Source: Antedon mediterranea
Taxonomy: Eukaryota; Animalia; Echinodermata
Assembly (NCBI RefSeq): GCF_964355755.1
Contig: NC_092680.1
Location: forward strand, 2,728,001 to 2,792,000
DNA length: 64,000 nt
Direction of reading: 5' to 3'
The notes under the pieces were generated by a model. That model was not told the origin of the DNA. It was given only the letters and a program-made list of their open reading frames with translations, and searched no databases. The position numbers were made by a program, and so were the translations under genes. Below are positions 40,568 to 52,985 of this stretch, piece after piece; the first letter of the stretch is position 1, and the number at the start of each line of letters is the position of its first letter.

Positions 40568-43500
40568 TCAGCTAGGGTCCCACTCTGGTTCAAAGTTGAT
40601 GTCCACAACCCCAGTTGCTCCTTCTGGTTCTACAGCCCAGTAGATGTTACAATGCCCGCCCTAGAATCAAACAGTTTTTTTTCCATTAAAATAATGCCAC
40701 AACCCTAATCAAAGAGATCTTGGTTAAAATGGAGAAAAAATAAAAAAGAAATTATTTCTGCATTAAAACACCAGGCCTCGAATTTTACCGCGGCCAGTGC
40801 CGTCGGTGCCCTCCCAGTTGGCCTCAATGCCCTCGAAAATAAATAGCACCCACGGCCACTACTGGCCTGCCCTTTTTTTTGCGTTGGCCGCGAGTGCCCT
40901 TTCCGAGTTTTACCACAATAAAAACCACTGAATTAGATAGAAAATAATGTCAAGAAGATTTGTTTACACGACTCGGACGAGACGCAAAACTATCGCCTGT
41001 CTTCGTTGCAAGGGGATTTCCCTAAACGCATTTATTAATACACACAAACAGTAAACAAAACATCGAACATTGCAATAGGGTAACCAAAACAATATCATCC
41101 CGGCCGCCGTGCGTGGTAAATCATGGTATAGATAGTACATTAAAATACAGGGGTGTAAACTTTTAATAATCAAGCTAAAAACGTTCCTCGATCGGAGGTT
41201 ACTGAAAGTATTAAAGTCGCACAATAATCGAGCTAGCCGCCTTCGATAAAAAAAATTACATGCACTCCTAGCTAGCCTAGCCTATCCTCTCCCGCCGCCG
41301 ATCCGGTCGAACACACGCAATTCAATGCATTGGGAAAACAATTCTATTTGACGCACACGCACCCTCTGATAAGAAATTTCACACACTACTAGACTACTCA
41401 CAACGTCGTGTGTGAGAGTACGCGCGAAGGATCGGATCGTTGGAAAAACAATTCCTTTTGACGTACACGCACCCTCTGAGAAGAAAATACCATGTGCGTT
41501 CCTGCATGGTGTAGTCCATTATACGTGTAAAATTAGGGGTGTTTACCTTTAGCACCAAAGTTAAACCTGCACCTCAACCCGAAGATCGTTGGAAGTATAT
41601 CATATTTATATTTTATCGCACCCACCTCAATCCAGCAGACAGATCATCGAAAAATCTTGTTTAACAACGTCGTACACTAAATTACCAAACGCGTTTTTAC
41701 CGAATTCAAGGAAATGGTATAGTCCAGAATACACGTGCCGAAGGCTAAACAGAGAGAGAGAAAGGGGTCGGTGTCCGTCCGTGTTTTGAATTCTTATACA
41801 TATGGGTTATACAGTACTAACAAAAAAGCTTCAGAAATCGAAACTCGGAAAATAACTATAATTTATATTCTACTACATAATGTCATTGGCTTGATTTTTA
41901 CCGTGGTTAACACTCTGTGTATGAATAGTTGTAGGTAAGGCCTACAAACATATTGTTTTTGTATCATGTTTTCTCCGTCGGCTGTTAGCTAAGTAAGGCT
42001 GAGTAGCTTGCTGTTATAAGGGTTTTTATACCTGTTCCGGGCCTTACTTGGTTGGCTTCACATGCCTTTTTATCGCATTATTTGAAACTAAACGAAACAT
42101 TCAACACAGGACTGTAAACTATAAACGCTGAACATCGTACCTATTTATTATTTATATGGATCGTAAATACACGTAATATTTATATGAAATACAAAAAGAT
42201 GTATTGTAGACAGTCCTACTACTACTCCGCGATCTGATGAATAGGGGGAAATCTCCAAAACATTTTGCGGTTAGAATTTTTTTTTTTTTTTGGAAAAAAA
42301 TTCCACCGGAAACAAGCTATTTTTAAATTTTGGCCTAGTTATTAAAATATTTTTTGATTTTGGCCTTGGTGCCCCTTTGATTTAAAACAAATGGCCTTGG
42401 TGCCCCTAAAATCAATGAAAACCGGAGGCCAAATGGCCTTGCCCCTAAAATCCCCAAATTCGAGGCCTGAAACACACTATTTTGTATCAAGTACTGTACT
42501 CAACTAAAATTAAAGTATCAAGTTTTATTTATTTAAAAAAAAATCATTTGCTAATTTATTCATGGTATAGTTGCAGGTAAATGTAAGTGATCTTAAGTAC
42601 ATACAAGTGGCCATTAGGACTGCTAATATTTATTACCCAAGTACTAAGGGCAGAAACAAAAAGTTAATACATACAATACAAGAAAAAAAATGGAAGGAAA
42701 AGGGCTTTTAAAAAAAAATTCTGAAAGACAATGTTTTAACGTTAAAAAAAACAAGCTGTTTAATAATATGTAAAGACACAGCCTGCAGGACCTCGGCATT
42801 TCCGAATGCCGAGGTAAATGCCGAGGTCCTGCTAGCTTACCACGGCATTGATTTGCCGAGGCTCTTTTTATTGATTTAGGCCTTGGGAGTAAAATCAAGG
42901 CTACCACATACACAGCAAATAAATAGTTTTATGCCTATTACAGTTTTTACAAATTTACCTTCCTTACAAGTGAATTAAATATATCTTAACATTTGTACGT
43001 TGGAGTTATTATTAGGCCTACACTGGTTTTATTTTACACACAAGATAGGGCCGGAGAGAGAGGCGAGGCCAGCGACCGCTCCGGCGTTTACAACAACGAC
43101 GAACCACGCTCAGCTCTATCGTTGTGTGATGCGAGTTTAGTGAGGCATGACAAATCACATGACTTATTGTTACTTGGTAGATTCCGGTTTTTCTGCTGTG
43201 ATCATTTTATTTCTTAAGAAGTCATACTACAATTCTTGATTACTTTTATCAATTTTTATATGAAAATGTAGCGTTTAAAGTTGTAATATGAATTAACAGT
43301 CAATAAATATTTAAAACATTATAGTTGTATTGTCAGTTTATTTCTTATTATTATGGTGTCCTGCTGAGAGAATGGAAGAGTCCAACTTGTATTGGTGATT
43401 GAAAACATTCTTGGTTTTGTATTTTTGTACACCAATTATAGGATTAATAAAATCCCAAACAGTACCTACATGTACCAACCTTGTGTTCATTTGACAATGA

Positions 43501-46172
43501 TTAAAAATATAAAAAGAAGTAAATATCAACGTTGTTCGTCTCTTTTTACACTCCGTTTCACAGTCGTGTGAAATACATGGTTGTCATGGTTCTATTATTA
43601 TTACAGCAGCCGCGTAATCGTCATTGGATGATGATCAGCAGATCCTTTTGTGATTGGCCACAAGGGTTCTTTTGTTTGTGTGGTTATTATTAGAGAGCAA
43701 GCCGCGCCGCAAATGCGCTGTACATTTATCAACACAGCTATTTTTAGGTACAATACAGTTAATGTGTGTGATTGAATACTAAAAATAGCTTTGGGGGCTG
43801 AAAAAAAAAAATGCAGACGTGTTCAAGCCGAGGTGGGTTTCGTTTACGTCGGCATTTTTTGGCCGAGGTCATTTCGTCCCAATTTCGAGGGCTGAAGACA
43901 ATAAAAAAAAAATAAAAATATATCTTCTATAATTTTAAACATCATTTTATTTCTAGGCATAGCAAACAAATTTCATATACAGTACAGGACAGAATTATTG
44001 CAAAAATCCCAACGCATTCAACACGTTGTCGTTGCATTGAACGGCTTTCAACGTTTAGTTGTTTATTCAACTAAAGTCATTATCAGCATGTCAAGTAAAC
44101 AATGAGTTATTTCAACAGTTAACACCGTACTGTAGGCCTTCCGGGGGAAAACATGATCTCACGTCGTAAAATCTAACAACGTGGAAATTACGGACATCAA
44201 CACACGAGGCCGCCACCCCGGTTTCCTCAAGAAAAACATGTGTGTTATGACGTATTTAACGATCGTTAATGACGAAGTAATTAATTTTATTTAGGCCTAC
44301 ATTTTTTAGCAAGAGATAAAGTTAAAATATTGTTTCTCTATTTTGGTTTTTATTTTATAATAGTCCCATTGCTTGTTGTAATGTAATTTGAAAGAACTAA
44401 AAAATTTGACGTGTCCGACACCATTACAACATTACATTTTTAAGTACAACAAGCGTTTTGAATACGTTAACAATAGAGCGTGTTGAACCTGTCGACCGTT
44501 CATTGACGACGTTATACAATTGAATTCCATAGCGTTGAACGAGTTGAAAACATTGCGCGTTTTGAAAAGCATCACACTGTAACTGTTTAAAATGTTGGCT
44601 GTTCGCTCGCATATTCTCGCAACTCCCATCCCAATACAGTTTTAGGAGGAGGCCAATATAATTATATTAAGAAACAATAGTATGTTAAAGAGAAAACGCC
44701 TAAACCTCGCCTATAATAATATATTGTCTTGCATCACAATAAAGTGGTTCTTTATTCTGAATTGTTTGGTTATTCAAATATTTGTGGGTTACACCTAGGC
44801 GTGAATAATATGGTATGGCACACGTTTTGATTTTAAAGAAAACGCCTAACATTGCCTATTGTCATCAGATTGGTCATTCCTATTTCTTGGTTATTATATT
44901 TAACACTTTTCTCTGCATGGGTTACGTTAGGCATCACAATAATTAATTTATAATATAATACATAACGATATATTTATGAATAATAAAACTAAACGATTTT
45001 TTCCCTTTTAATTACGTGTTATTTCATAATGAATGAACTTTTCACCTTTCGATCAGTTCGTCCCTCACGTCACGAAAAGCATGCGTGAAAAAGACGACCA
45101 TGCTGGATCGTTATGTTGGTGATGTATTGTTGCCTTCCACGGCGGCGGGTGTAGGCTACGTTGTTTTTATAAATAATCGAGAAAAATGTATTATAGTACT
45201 GCAAAGTTTTTAGTTTGGAAATAATTAATTACGATGTGACCTAGCCTCTAAGATTCACCGCCGCCTTAACTTTGGTATTTAATAGTAATACTACAGTTAA
45301 TATAGGCACACAGTGCGATGGCAGACGCGGCTCATTATACACACAGGGCCTACTCGTTAGTAGTAGGCCTAGTGTAATATATTAAGCTAGGTTTCCGCGG
45401 AAAAATACACATTATGTTTGTTTTCTTCATTATTTGTAATACTGTATTTTATACTATTACTACTACAAATACACACTCGCAATCTGTAATTACCATACGA
45501 ATCGATACGATTGTTCGTTATTTCAACGCAACACATTGTGTTGGTTGAATAACAGTTCAACGAACTCAACACTTTCAACGCCAACGGACAACGCAGTTTC
45601 AACGCGTTGAATGCGTTCAAAATCTGCAATAATTCTGTCCGGTACTGTACTTATAGCCTATTTAATTGTATTAGCCTAGGCCTATACTGTTTTAACATTA
45701 TGATGAAATTCATGAATCTAGGCCTATATTTATAAATTATATTTTCAATCATACATTCCTTTTCCCGATTCTCGACTCAATTACGTGCAAGATTTTGAAA
45801 TGCTAGAAACAAAATGTGAATTAAAAAAAATTGTAGGCTAGCCTAAAACTAATAGGACTTAAAAAAGCCTTGGTTTTACATTAATGTATGATCACGAGGA
45901 ATCGAACTTGGCAGAGGAACTAACAATACTGTATGTACATCAAGTATTGCACAAAAACAGTACACACACCACATGTGCCATATTGACAATGTCACATGCC
46001 GGGTTGCTTGCGTAGCCATCTCCTTCTATCAGCTAGGTTAGTCAGACGGTAATCCAGTCAGTCATGTGTAGGCCTACAAAAGTATTCATGTTTTATTGAA
46101 AAAAAGTAATATTTTACATACCTGGGCTGAAATTTCAGCAGACGATAACCGAATTAAGCTTTTAGGCGGAAT
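40568..46172 (-). CDS. AUU-initiated upstream conserved coding region (uCC) of ODC, 47 aa, split over leader exons (46172-46122 and 40660-40568)
   Basis: aaaATTCCGCCTAAA start, CAG|gtatgt donor, ttctag|GGC acceptor. Spliced peptide (M)PPKSLIRLSSAEISAQGGHCNIYWAVEPEGATGVVDINFEPEWDPS*; both ends match the AZIN1/ODC uCC pattern. Confidence 0.88.
40772..42469. mobile_element. Non-autonomous hAT-like element with 6-bp TSD in ODC intron 1
   Basis: aaacac|CAGGCCTCGAATTT ... AAATTCGAGGCCTG|aaacac; subterminal tgccc/ggcc repeats. Confidence 0.8.
42779..43894. mobile_element. Second hAT-like element with 6-bp TSD in ODC intron 1
   Basis: aagaca|CAGCC ... aatttcgagGGCTG|aagaca; subterminal gccgagg/cctcggc repeats; right end resembles that of 40772-42469. 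Confidence 0.7.
43980..45647. mobile_element. Tc1/mariner (pogo/Tigger-type) non-autonomous element, TA TSD, in ODC intron 1
   Basis: ta|cagtacaggacagaattattgca ... tgcaataattctgtccggtactg|ta; ttcaacg/cgttgaa subterminal repeats. Confidence 0.8.
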
Positions 46173-46259
46173 TTTGGCGGTTTTATTCTACGAAAGACCG
46201 ACAAAAATCAAGAAACTTCATGAGGAAAACTACTACAACACGATTCAATGGCGGGGAGA

Positions 46260-46440
46260 ACGTTAAAAAGAATTTCATTCACGAGGAGGCGGCGTTTACT
46301 CTTAATTCGTGTGTGGGATTACTACACCGCGCATGCGCACACTATATACTTCTTCTGAACACGACACGACGATCGCATCACAGAAATTTACTACGCACGG
46401 CAACAAATTAGTACATACTACGGGGCGCAATTGAGCAGAA
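46260..46440 (-). promoter_or_regulatory. Probable ODC core promoter / TSS region
   Basis: CpG-enriched; TATATA at ~46343-46348, NRF1-like GCGCATGCGC at ~46329-46338 and TCT-like TTCTTTTT at ~46272-46265, upstream of the exon carrying the uCC start. Confidence 0.45.
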
Positions 46441-46852
46441 TTAATTGTTGTATACACATTACGCTACAGTTTATTTTAGGTCAATTTATTTTAAATTTGT
46501 GTTTCTAAACTTTAAACATAAATTAGGCCTAAAAAAAATACAATCATTACCGATGACTATGTGCTTGTCCTTTCCGCGTTTGTGATCAAGCCCGTAGCCA
46601 GGATTTTTACAGGGGGGTTCTTTTTTCCCAAAAAGGCCCCTCTTATGGGAATTACCTCCGGTGTAACCAGCTTGATTTAATATCAAACGATCAAAACACC
46701 AATGATATTGGTCACCAGCCACAAGAGCACCCCCTCTCTCCTAAGAGTTTCCTGCCCCAGGACCTTGGCCTCATCATGGTTGGGGCTGAGGTAAGAAAAA
46801 TTTGAAAAGATAGAGCGCTAACAGGGGTCGCAGACTCGCAGGACTATTTTAA

Positions 46853-49800
46853 TAGCAGGGTTGCTAACTTCCATTTTTTATGAAGATTGTGCATTTTGTG
46901 ACAAAAGCACCAAATTTGGCACAAACCTTCTTTAGGGTATATCTAACCATCCTAGAAGGGGTGCCCGAAAATCGGAACAATTTAACGACGTCATTTGGAC
47001 CACGCCCTTTTTTTAGTATTACGTAATTAGGTGAAAACTTAAATCTTTGTATATACATACCAAGTTTGGTATCAAATTAAAACTCATGACATGTACATTG
47101 CAATACACACATAACAAATATATGATTTCTCTTCAGACGGAATATATAGGTCAAATAATGTAATTTTCTGTCATATTGAAGGGGATTTCAATCAAAACGC
47201 GCCAATATTGGGCTATGTTATGAACATTGTAGTTATAAGAACAACAACATTCATTTTTGTAATAGAACTACAGTACTAATATATATTTATCCTGTATCAG
47301 TTACTTTCCTTTAACATAATATTAGGAACCACTGAAAAAAAGTATATAAACATATACTGTATCAAACTTGGCTCAATAATCACTGGACTAAGTAAACAGA
47401 CAAAAGACCATTTGACTGACAATTATGGCGTTAGCATCCATAACAATACATGGAGGTGATTATCAACTTTACTTTATGAAATTATTTATCTGGAAACAAA
47501 CACTTATAATGAACAAGTTCCACGGCATGGGTAACAAAGACCAGTGCAAAAAAGACCTGCTGAACGGCACTTGCAGTTCCTTGAGCAATGCAGGCAACCC
47601 ATTCCTCGATAATTGTTCAGAACTTCTGGTCTTGGATGCTCGAGATTGTGCCAATGAAAGTGCAGTAGTGACAGTTCGTACAATTCAGGATGTAGGTACT
47701 ACCCAGTACCAAAAATATTTCAAGGAAGTTATTCTCGACAAGCCATCAAACAGAATAAGCTGCCGTTGTTCAACACACCATGGTCAAAATCAGTGTCCAA
47801 AACAAAGCAACAAGTTAAGAGTTTAAAAAGTGACTGCAGCCTATTCAGTCAACTGTATATTGCAAGTCAATCTAGTGATGGAGATTTGGAAGACTTCTTC
47901 ATGCATGAAAACCAGCCATGGCAACCCTCTTTGGCAGTAAATGGAAAGCTTCGACTACCAACTAAGAAGTCTGAGTTGCTACAGCATTTTGAGACTGAGG
48001 CCAGCCTGAACCTCCTACATATTTTGACGTAAAGGTGTTTGACAGAGCTGCTATTGTCCATGCCCTTTCCAGCAACCATGCATTTACATTTGATGACTAC
48101 GGTGATAAGGTGAGTACATTTCTTTGCATTCAGGATTGTATCTATTGTTTAACCACCACATAATTGGTCACTTCTATATGCGGATCGTTATTCTTGTATC
48201 ATTTGTATGACAGGTCTTTCTACCGTGGACCAGACAGCAGCTGCAGAATAGTAACAGAATTGATATAGTGTGGGACACTTACAGAACAGATAGTCTTAAG
48301 CAGTCTACAGGAGAAAAAAGAGGAAAAGGGGTCAAGAGGAAAGTTGGGGGACAAACAAAGATTCCAGGGAATTTTCCAGACTTTCTGAAAGATCCAGTAA
48401 ATAAAGAGGAGTTATTTAACTTTTTAACTACAAAGGTGTCTACCCATGATTACTCTGACTGCAAAGAAGTTTACATTACATCAGGTAAGTTTTATTATGA
48501 TACATACTAATTTATTTTGTTTGTAACCAAACGATTAATTTACTTATACAGTTTCATACCAATAATTAATTAAAAAGGCATATTAAATTAGTAAGTAATT
48601 CTTGATATATGTCCTGTAGGCAAGTCTGTTGTATGTTGACATCTACTCAACCTATGTCAATCTGCGACCATGAAGAGGCCGACTCCAGGATGTGCATTCA
48701 CATTGATGATGCCTTAAAGAAAGGTAGCAGGGTTATTTTGGTGCGTACAGTTGATACTGATGTCGTTGTTATCCTGGTTGGTATTTTCTGCAATCTAATA
48801 GCCTGTTATCTTGGTACGTGTATCTGGGTCGCATTTGGCATGCGTAAGCACTTCCAATATTTTAATATAAATACCATCTGCCATAACCTAGGAGAGGATA
48901 AGTCAAGAGGGCTGCCAGTTTTTCATGCATTTACTGGGTCCGATACTACATCCCAGTTCTTCGGAAAATCAAAACACTCCGCATGGGAGACGTGGAACTC
49001 ATTTCCAGCAGTCACAGAAGCCTTTCTTTTCATGGCACACCTTTCAAATTTCTAGGAGTCAACTCATCTCAATTCCAGTTGCTAGAGGAGTTTACATGTC
49101 ATCTATACGACAAGACAAGTACTTTAAGAAGTGTTACTAAGCTAAGACAAGATCTTTTTTCAAGAAAGGCACGGACAATGGACAACATTCCTCCTACACA
49201 GGTAAGGGGAGCTTCCATATAATTGTCAATTGTCGTTTAATAATTTATTATCAGATTCATGTTTTTCTTTCATTAAAAGGTAACACCAATCTTTAAATTG
49301 TTTATTGCAGGATGCACTTTTACAGCATTCCAACAGATCCATATACCAAGCAAGCATTTGGACCACCAGTCTACAGCCACAGCAGAATGCTCCATCACCA
49401 GAAGACTTTGGTTGGACTAAAACCGGCAGTACATGAACACCAGTCTGGACAATACTACCTGAAGCATCCAAGGCATGTAGGGAATTGCTAAAGTGTGGCT
49501 GCAAAAAGTTGCCTTTTTGCTCAGGGAACTGCAAGTGTCGTTCAGCAGTGCACTGGTCTTGTTACCCATGCCGTAGAACTTGTTCGTCATCTAGCAACTC
49601 TGTACCATTATAAGCGTTTGTTTCCAGATAAATAATTTCATAAAAGTAAAGTTGATAATCACCTCCATGTATTGTTATGGATGCTAACGCCATAATTGTC
49701 AGTCAAATGGTCTTTTGTCGGTTTATTAATAGTCCAGTGGTTATTGAGCCAAGTTTGATACAGTATATGTTTTAAATACTTTTTTTCAGTGGTTCCTAAT

Positions 49801-50250
49801 ATTATGTTAAAGGAAAGTAACTGGTACAGGATAAATATATATTAGTACTATTACAAAAATGAATGTTGTTGTTCTTATAACTACAATGTTCATAACATAG
49901 CACAATATTGGCACGTTTTGATTGAAATACCCTTCAATATGACAGAAAATTACATTATTTGACCTATATATTCCGTCTGAAGAGAAATCATATATTTTTT
50001 ATGTGTGTATTGCAATGTACATGTCATGAGTTTTTATTTGATACCAAACTTGGTATGTATATACGAAGATTTAAGTTTTCACCTAATTACGTAATACTAA
50101 AAAAAGGGCGTGGTCCAAATGACGTCGTTAAATTGTTCCGATTTTTGGGCACCCCTTCTAGGATTGTTAGATATACCCTAAAGAAGGTTTGTGCCAAATT
50201 TGGTGCTTTTGTCACAAAGTGCACAAAAAAAGTGCTAAGTTACCCTGCTA
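46853..50250 (+). mobile_element. Academ-type (AcademX) DNA transposon, internally deleted and frameshifted
   Basis: taa|TAGCAGGGT ... ACCCTGCTA|taa (3-bp TSD) with ~650-bp TIRs (46853-~47510 and ~49606-50250). Intron-containing coding remnants have FFMHENQPWQPSL, WDTY, DHEEADSR, TVDTDV, FHAFTGSDT (XPG/PIN-like nuclease) and a terminal CGCKK..C...C.C cluster. Confidence 0.85.
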
Positions 50251-50844
50251 TAAGAGGATTGCCCAAAGACTCCAGTGCTGTAGACAATGAGTATTTGAGC
50301 AAGAACATTGTTAAATGACACCCCTACATGGTACTCTCGCATGTAAAATTCATAATAAATTGCACCTCTAGTTCGACGGAAATGTCACTCACTCTATAGG
50401 CCTAGTGCGCTAGCAAACAGAAGATCGTAGCATAATGTTATTCGACCGGTATTAAAACATACGCGACTAACAATAGGCCTATAGGATAACATTTTTGTTT
50501 TCGTTCAATGCGAACGTCACGGGGAAGTTCCCGATGAAGGTAGCCTACTTCTGGTACGGTATTACATTCTAATAACTGTACTCAATTATTGTAAATTTAT
50601 TAGCAATTAATAATTTTAAAAAGTTATACAAAAAATATGAAGCTGCTGCTATAAATATTTTGCGCAAAACGTTAAAATGTGTTATTTTCAATTAAATGCT
50701 AAATAAAGTCAGATGTTAAAACCACAATTTCAAAAATTAATTTTTTATTTATCCACTATAAACTTTAAAAAAGTGTTGTTTAAACCACACTCCAAAATAA
50801 AACAAAGAAAATTATGATATGACATTTGCAGAAGGAAGAAAACT

Positions 50845-52985
50845 TTGCTCTACTACCGGTATAACACGGTTCAAATTTCGGAACGTCCATAAATTATTAC
50901 GGAAATTCGGCCTAATATTTACGGACGTATGGAAGTGAAGATAAATAGGGTACTACACGCATCGGAAAAAAAAAACTATACACACAATTATGATTTGCCC
51001 TAAAAATTGGCCTTAGATTATGGAAAACCCCCGGCAAAACGCAATAATTATGGACAAATCGATTATCAGCCTTGGTTTGTACTATTTATGTGTTTTTATG
51101 AATAAAAACCTATATATATATATATATATATATGTATTAGTCAAATACATGTAAATAACTCCACATTTTCTGTCCGATTTTTTAGGCTATCCCCTACCTA
51201 CTTTAGCTAGCCCAGCCAGGTCAAGTAGACCTAGTTGTCCAATGACTCCCAGCCAAGTTAGGCCATGGCCTTATTTCTTGTTTTATACTGTTGGACTGTA
51301 TCCTGCAGCCCCCACCCCGGGTGGTCAATATTATCATTATTTCCTCGAAAACACAAGGAGACGTGATGGACTGAAACATGCCAGGTGTGTGTAGGGCACA
51401 GTCATGTCGGACAGCAACAGTTTGGTTTGGTGCCGCGGTGCGGTGTACAGTATCAGGCATATTTTCTACCAACATCCTGATATTAGTTTCAATAACACTA
51501 ATTTCCAAGCATCCAGCGCAGGGGCGGACCCAGGGGTGTTGCCTTAGTGGCCCGGGCGCGATTTTTTTTTTTCGTACATATGTTGGGGACCCCCTCATGA
51601 AACGTCACAAAATAAACATGAATAATTCATCAGTTAAATTTGTTGTTCCGTGTGCACCCAAGCGTATAGCAACAAGAAGTGATCTGATTACACAACAACC
51701 GCGATGCGATTCTTTCTACAATAGGCCTAGGATTCTAGGTCAATTCACGTGATTGCCTTCGCGCACCTCTTCTTCACACACACGTCCACTATGCAAAATG
51801 TGTCGAGGCTAATCGACAGCTAGGCAAGACATTAAACTAAGTAGTAATTGGACATAGCCCAAAGAAAGCTTAGACCCACAAGAATAAAGAATGTGTATAA
51901 TTTGTGTACTGTAATTTTTTAATTCTGCTATTTTATTATCAAACAATATGCATGTACTCAAAGGAACTTTAAAAATGCGCGTATATGAACACATGAGATG
52001 GGAAGATTAGACCCACGAGAATAAAAAATGTATTTTTGTGTAATGTTTATTGTTTAATTTTGCTGACTTGTTACTCGGACTGTGTCATACCTAACTAACA
52101 CACACGTCACACACACCAACACAGCTACTACTAGAATAGACATGGGTTTAGAGACTAGTAATTAGGCCTAATAGTATCAATAGAAACTATAATTTTAACA
52201 CGTAATTCTTTAGTAATAAATTATATTAAAAACACCATAAACTAAAGGCTGATTACTTCGACAATCCACACAAAACGCCGCTATTCTATTATGAAACAAT
52301 GGCACGCGGCAACCACAGCGGAGATAGGCCTAGAATTGTACCGCATGTGTAAACTGTAATCACTTCGCTATACGCTTGGGTGCACACGGAACAAGAAAAT
52401 TTAACTGATGAATTATTCATGTTTATTTTGTGACGTTTCATGAGGGGGTCCCCAACTTAAGTACGAAAAAAAAAATCGCGGCCCGGGCAACACCCTTAAT
52501 TTCATACTAAATGTTGTTTCTGCCACTAAATTAAAATTGAGTACCATTTCTTCGTATACAATATCCATATTTATACGTTATAGAAGTCCAGTCTGAAAGA
52601 GAATATTTGTAAATTGGCACAGCAGTCACCAATAGGCCTACTATACCGCGCACAGTACAGATAAAGTAGATAAGTTTCTGAGCATACGCAGAACAAATTT
52701 CTGATTGACTAGTTTCTTGTGGTGCGCGCGTCAGACAGCAGGGAGATGTATCTCTCTCTTCATGAGAGGTACGAAAGGAGGCCAACACACACTGTGTTCG
52801 GGAAAAACCCGTCATATGGGTCGTCAATTTGTTCATAATTATTGCGTTTTTCCATAATTTAAGGCCAAATCATAGTTTTGCGTATAGTTTTATTTTTCCG
52901 TGTAGTACCCAGTTTATCTCCGTAATATTAGGGCGAATTTCAGAATTAACAGAGAATTATTATACCGCGTCGGTAGCTGAGCAAA
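50845..52985. mobile_element. Older diverged inverted-repeat element (arms ~50845-51065 and ~52820-52985) enclosing a younger TIR element
   Basis: gggtactacacg...aaaacgcaataattatggacaaat is mirrored by atttgttcataattattgcgtttt...cgtgtagtaccc. Confidence 0.5.
51533..52496. mobile_element. Non-autonomous TIR element (~140-bp TIRs; right end followed by TTAA, Kolobok-like)
   Basis: gggtgttgcc...ggggaccccctcatgaaacgtcacaaaataaacatgaataattcatcag...cccaagcgtatagc, with its reverse complement at ~52365-52496. Confidence 0.75.

Noticed and set aside
42955-43200. GC-rich stretch with an AAG|GTAAAT donor as an alternative ODC first exon lacking the uCC start
   Set aside because: It lies inside the hAT-like element 42779-43894 and has no independent support without RNA data.
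46864-50318. Similar ORFs 46864-47058 (-) and 49959-50318 (+) as duplicated genes
   Set aside because: They are mirror translations of the Academ TIRs.
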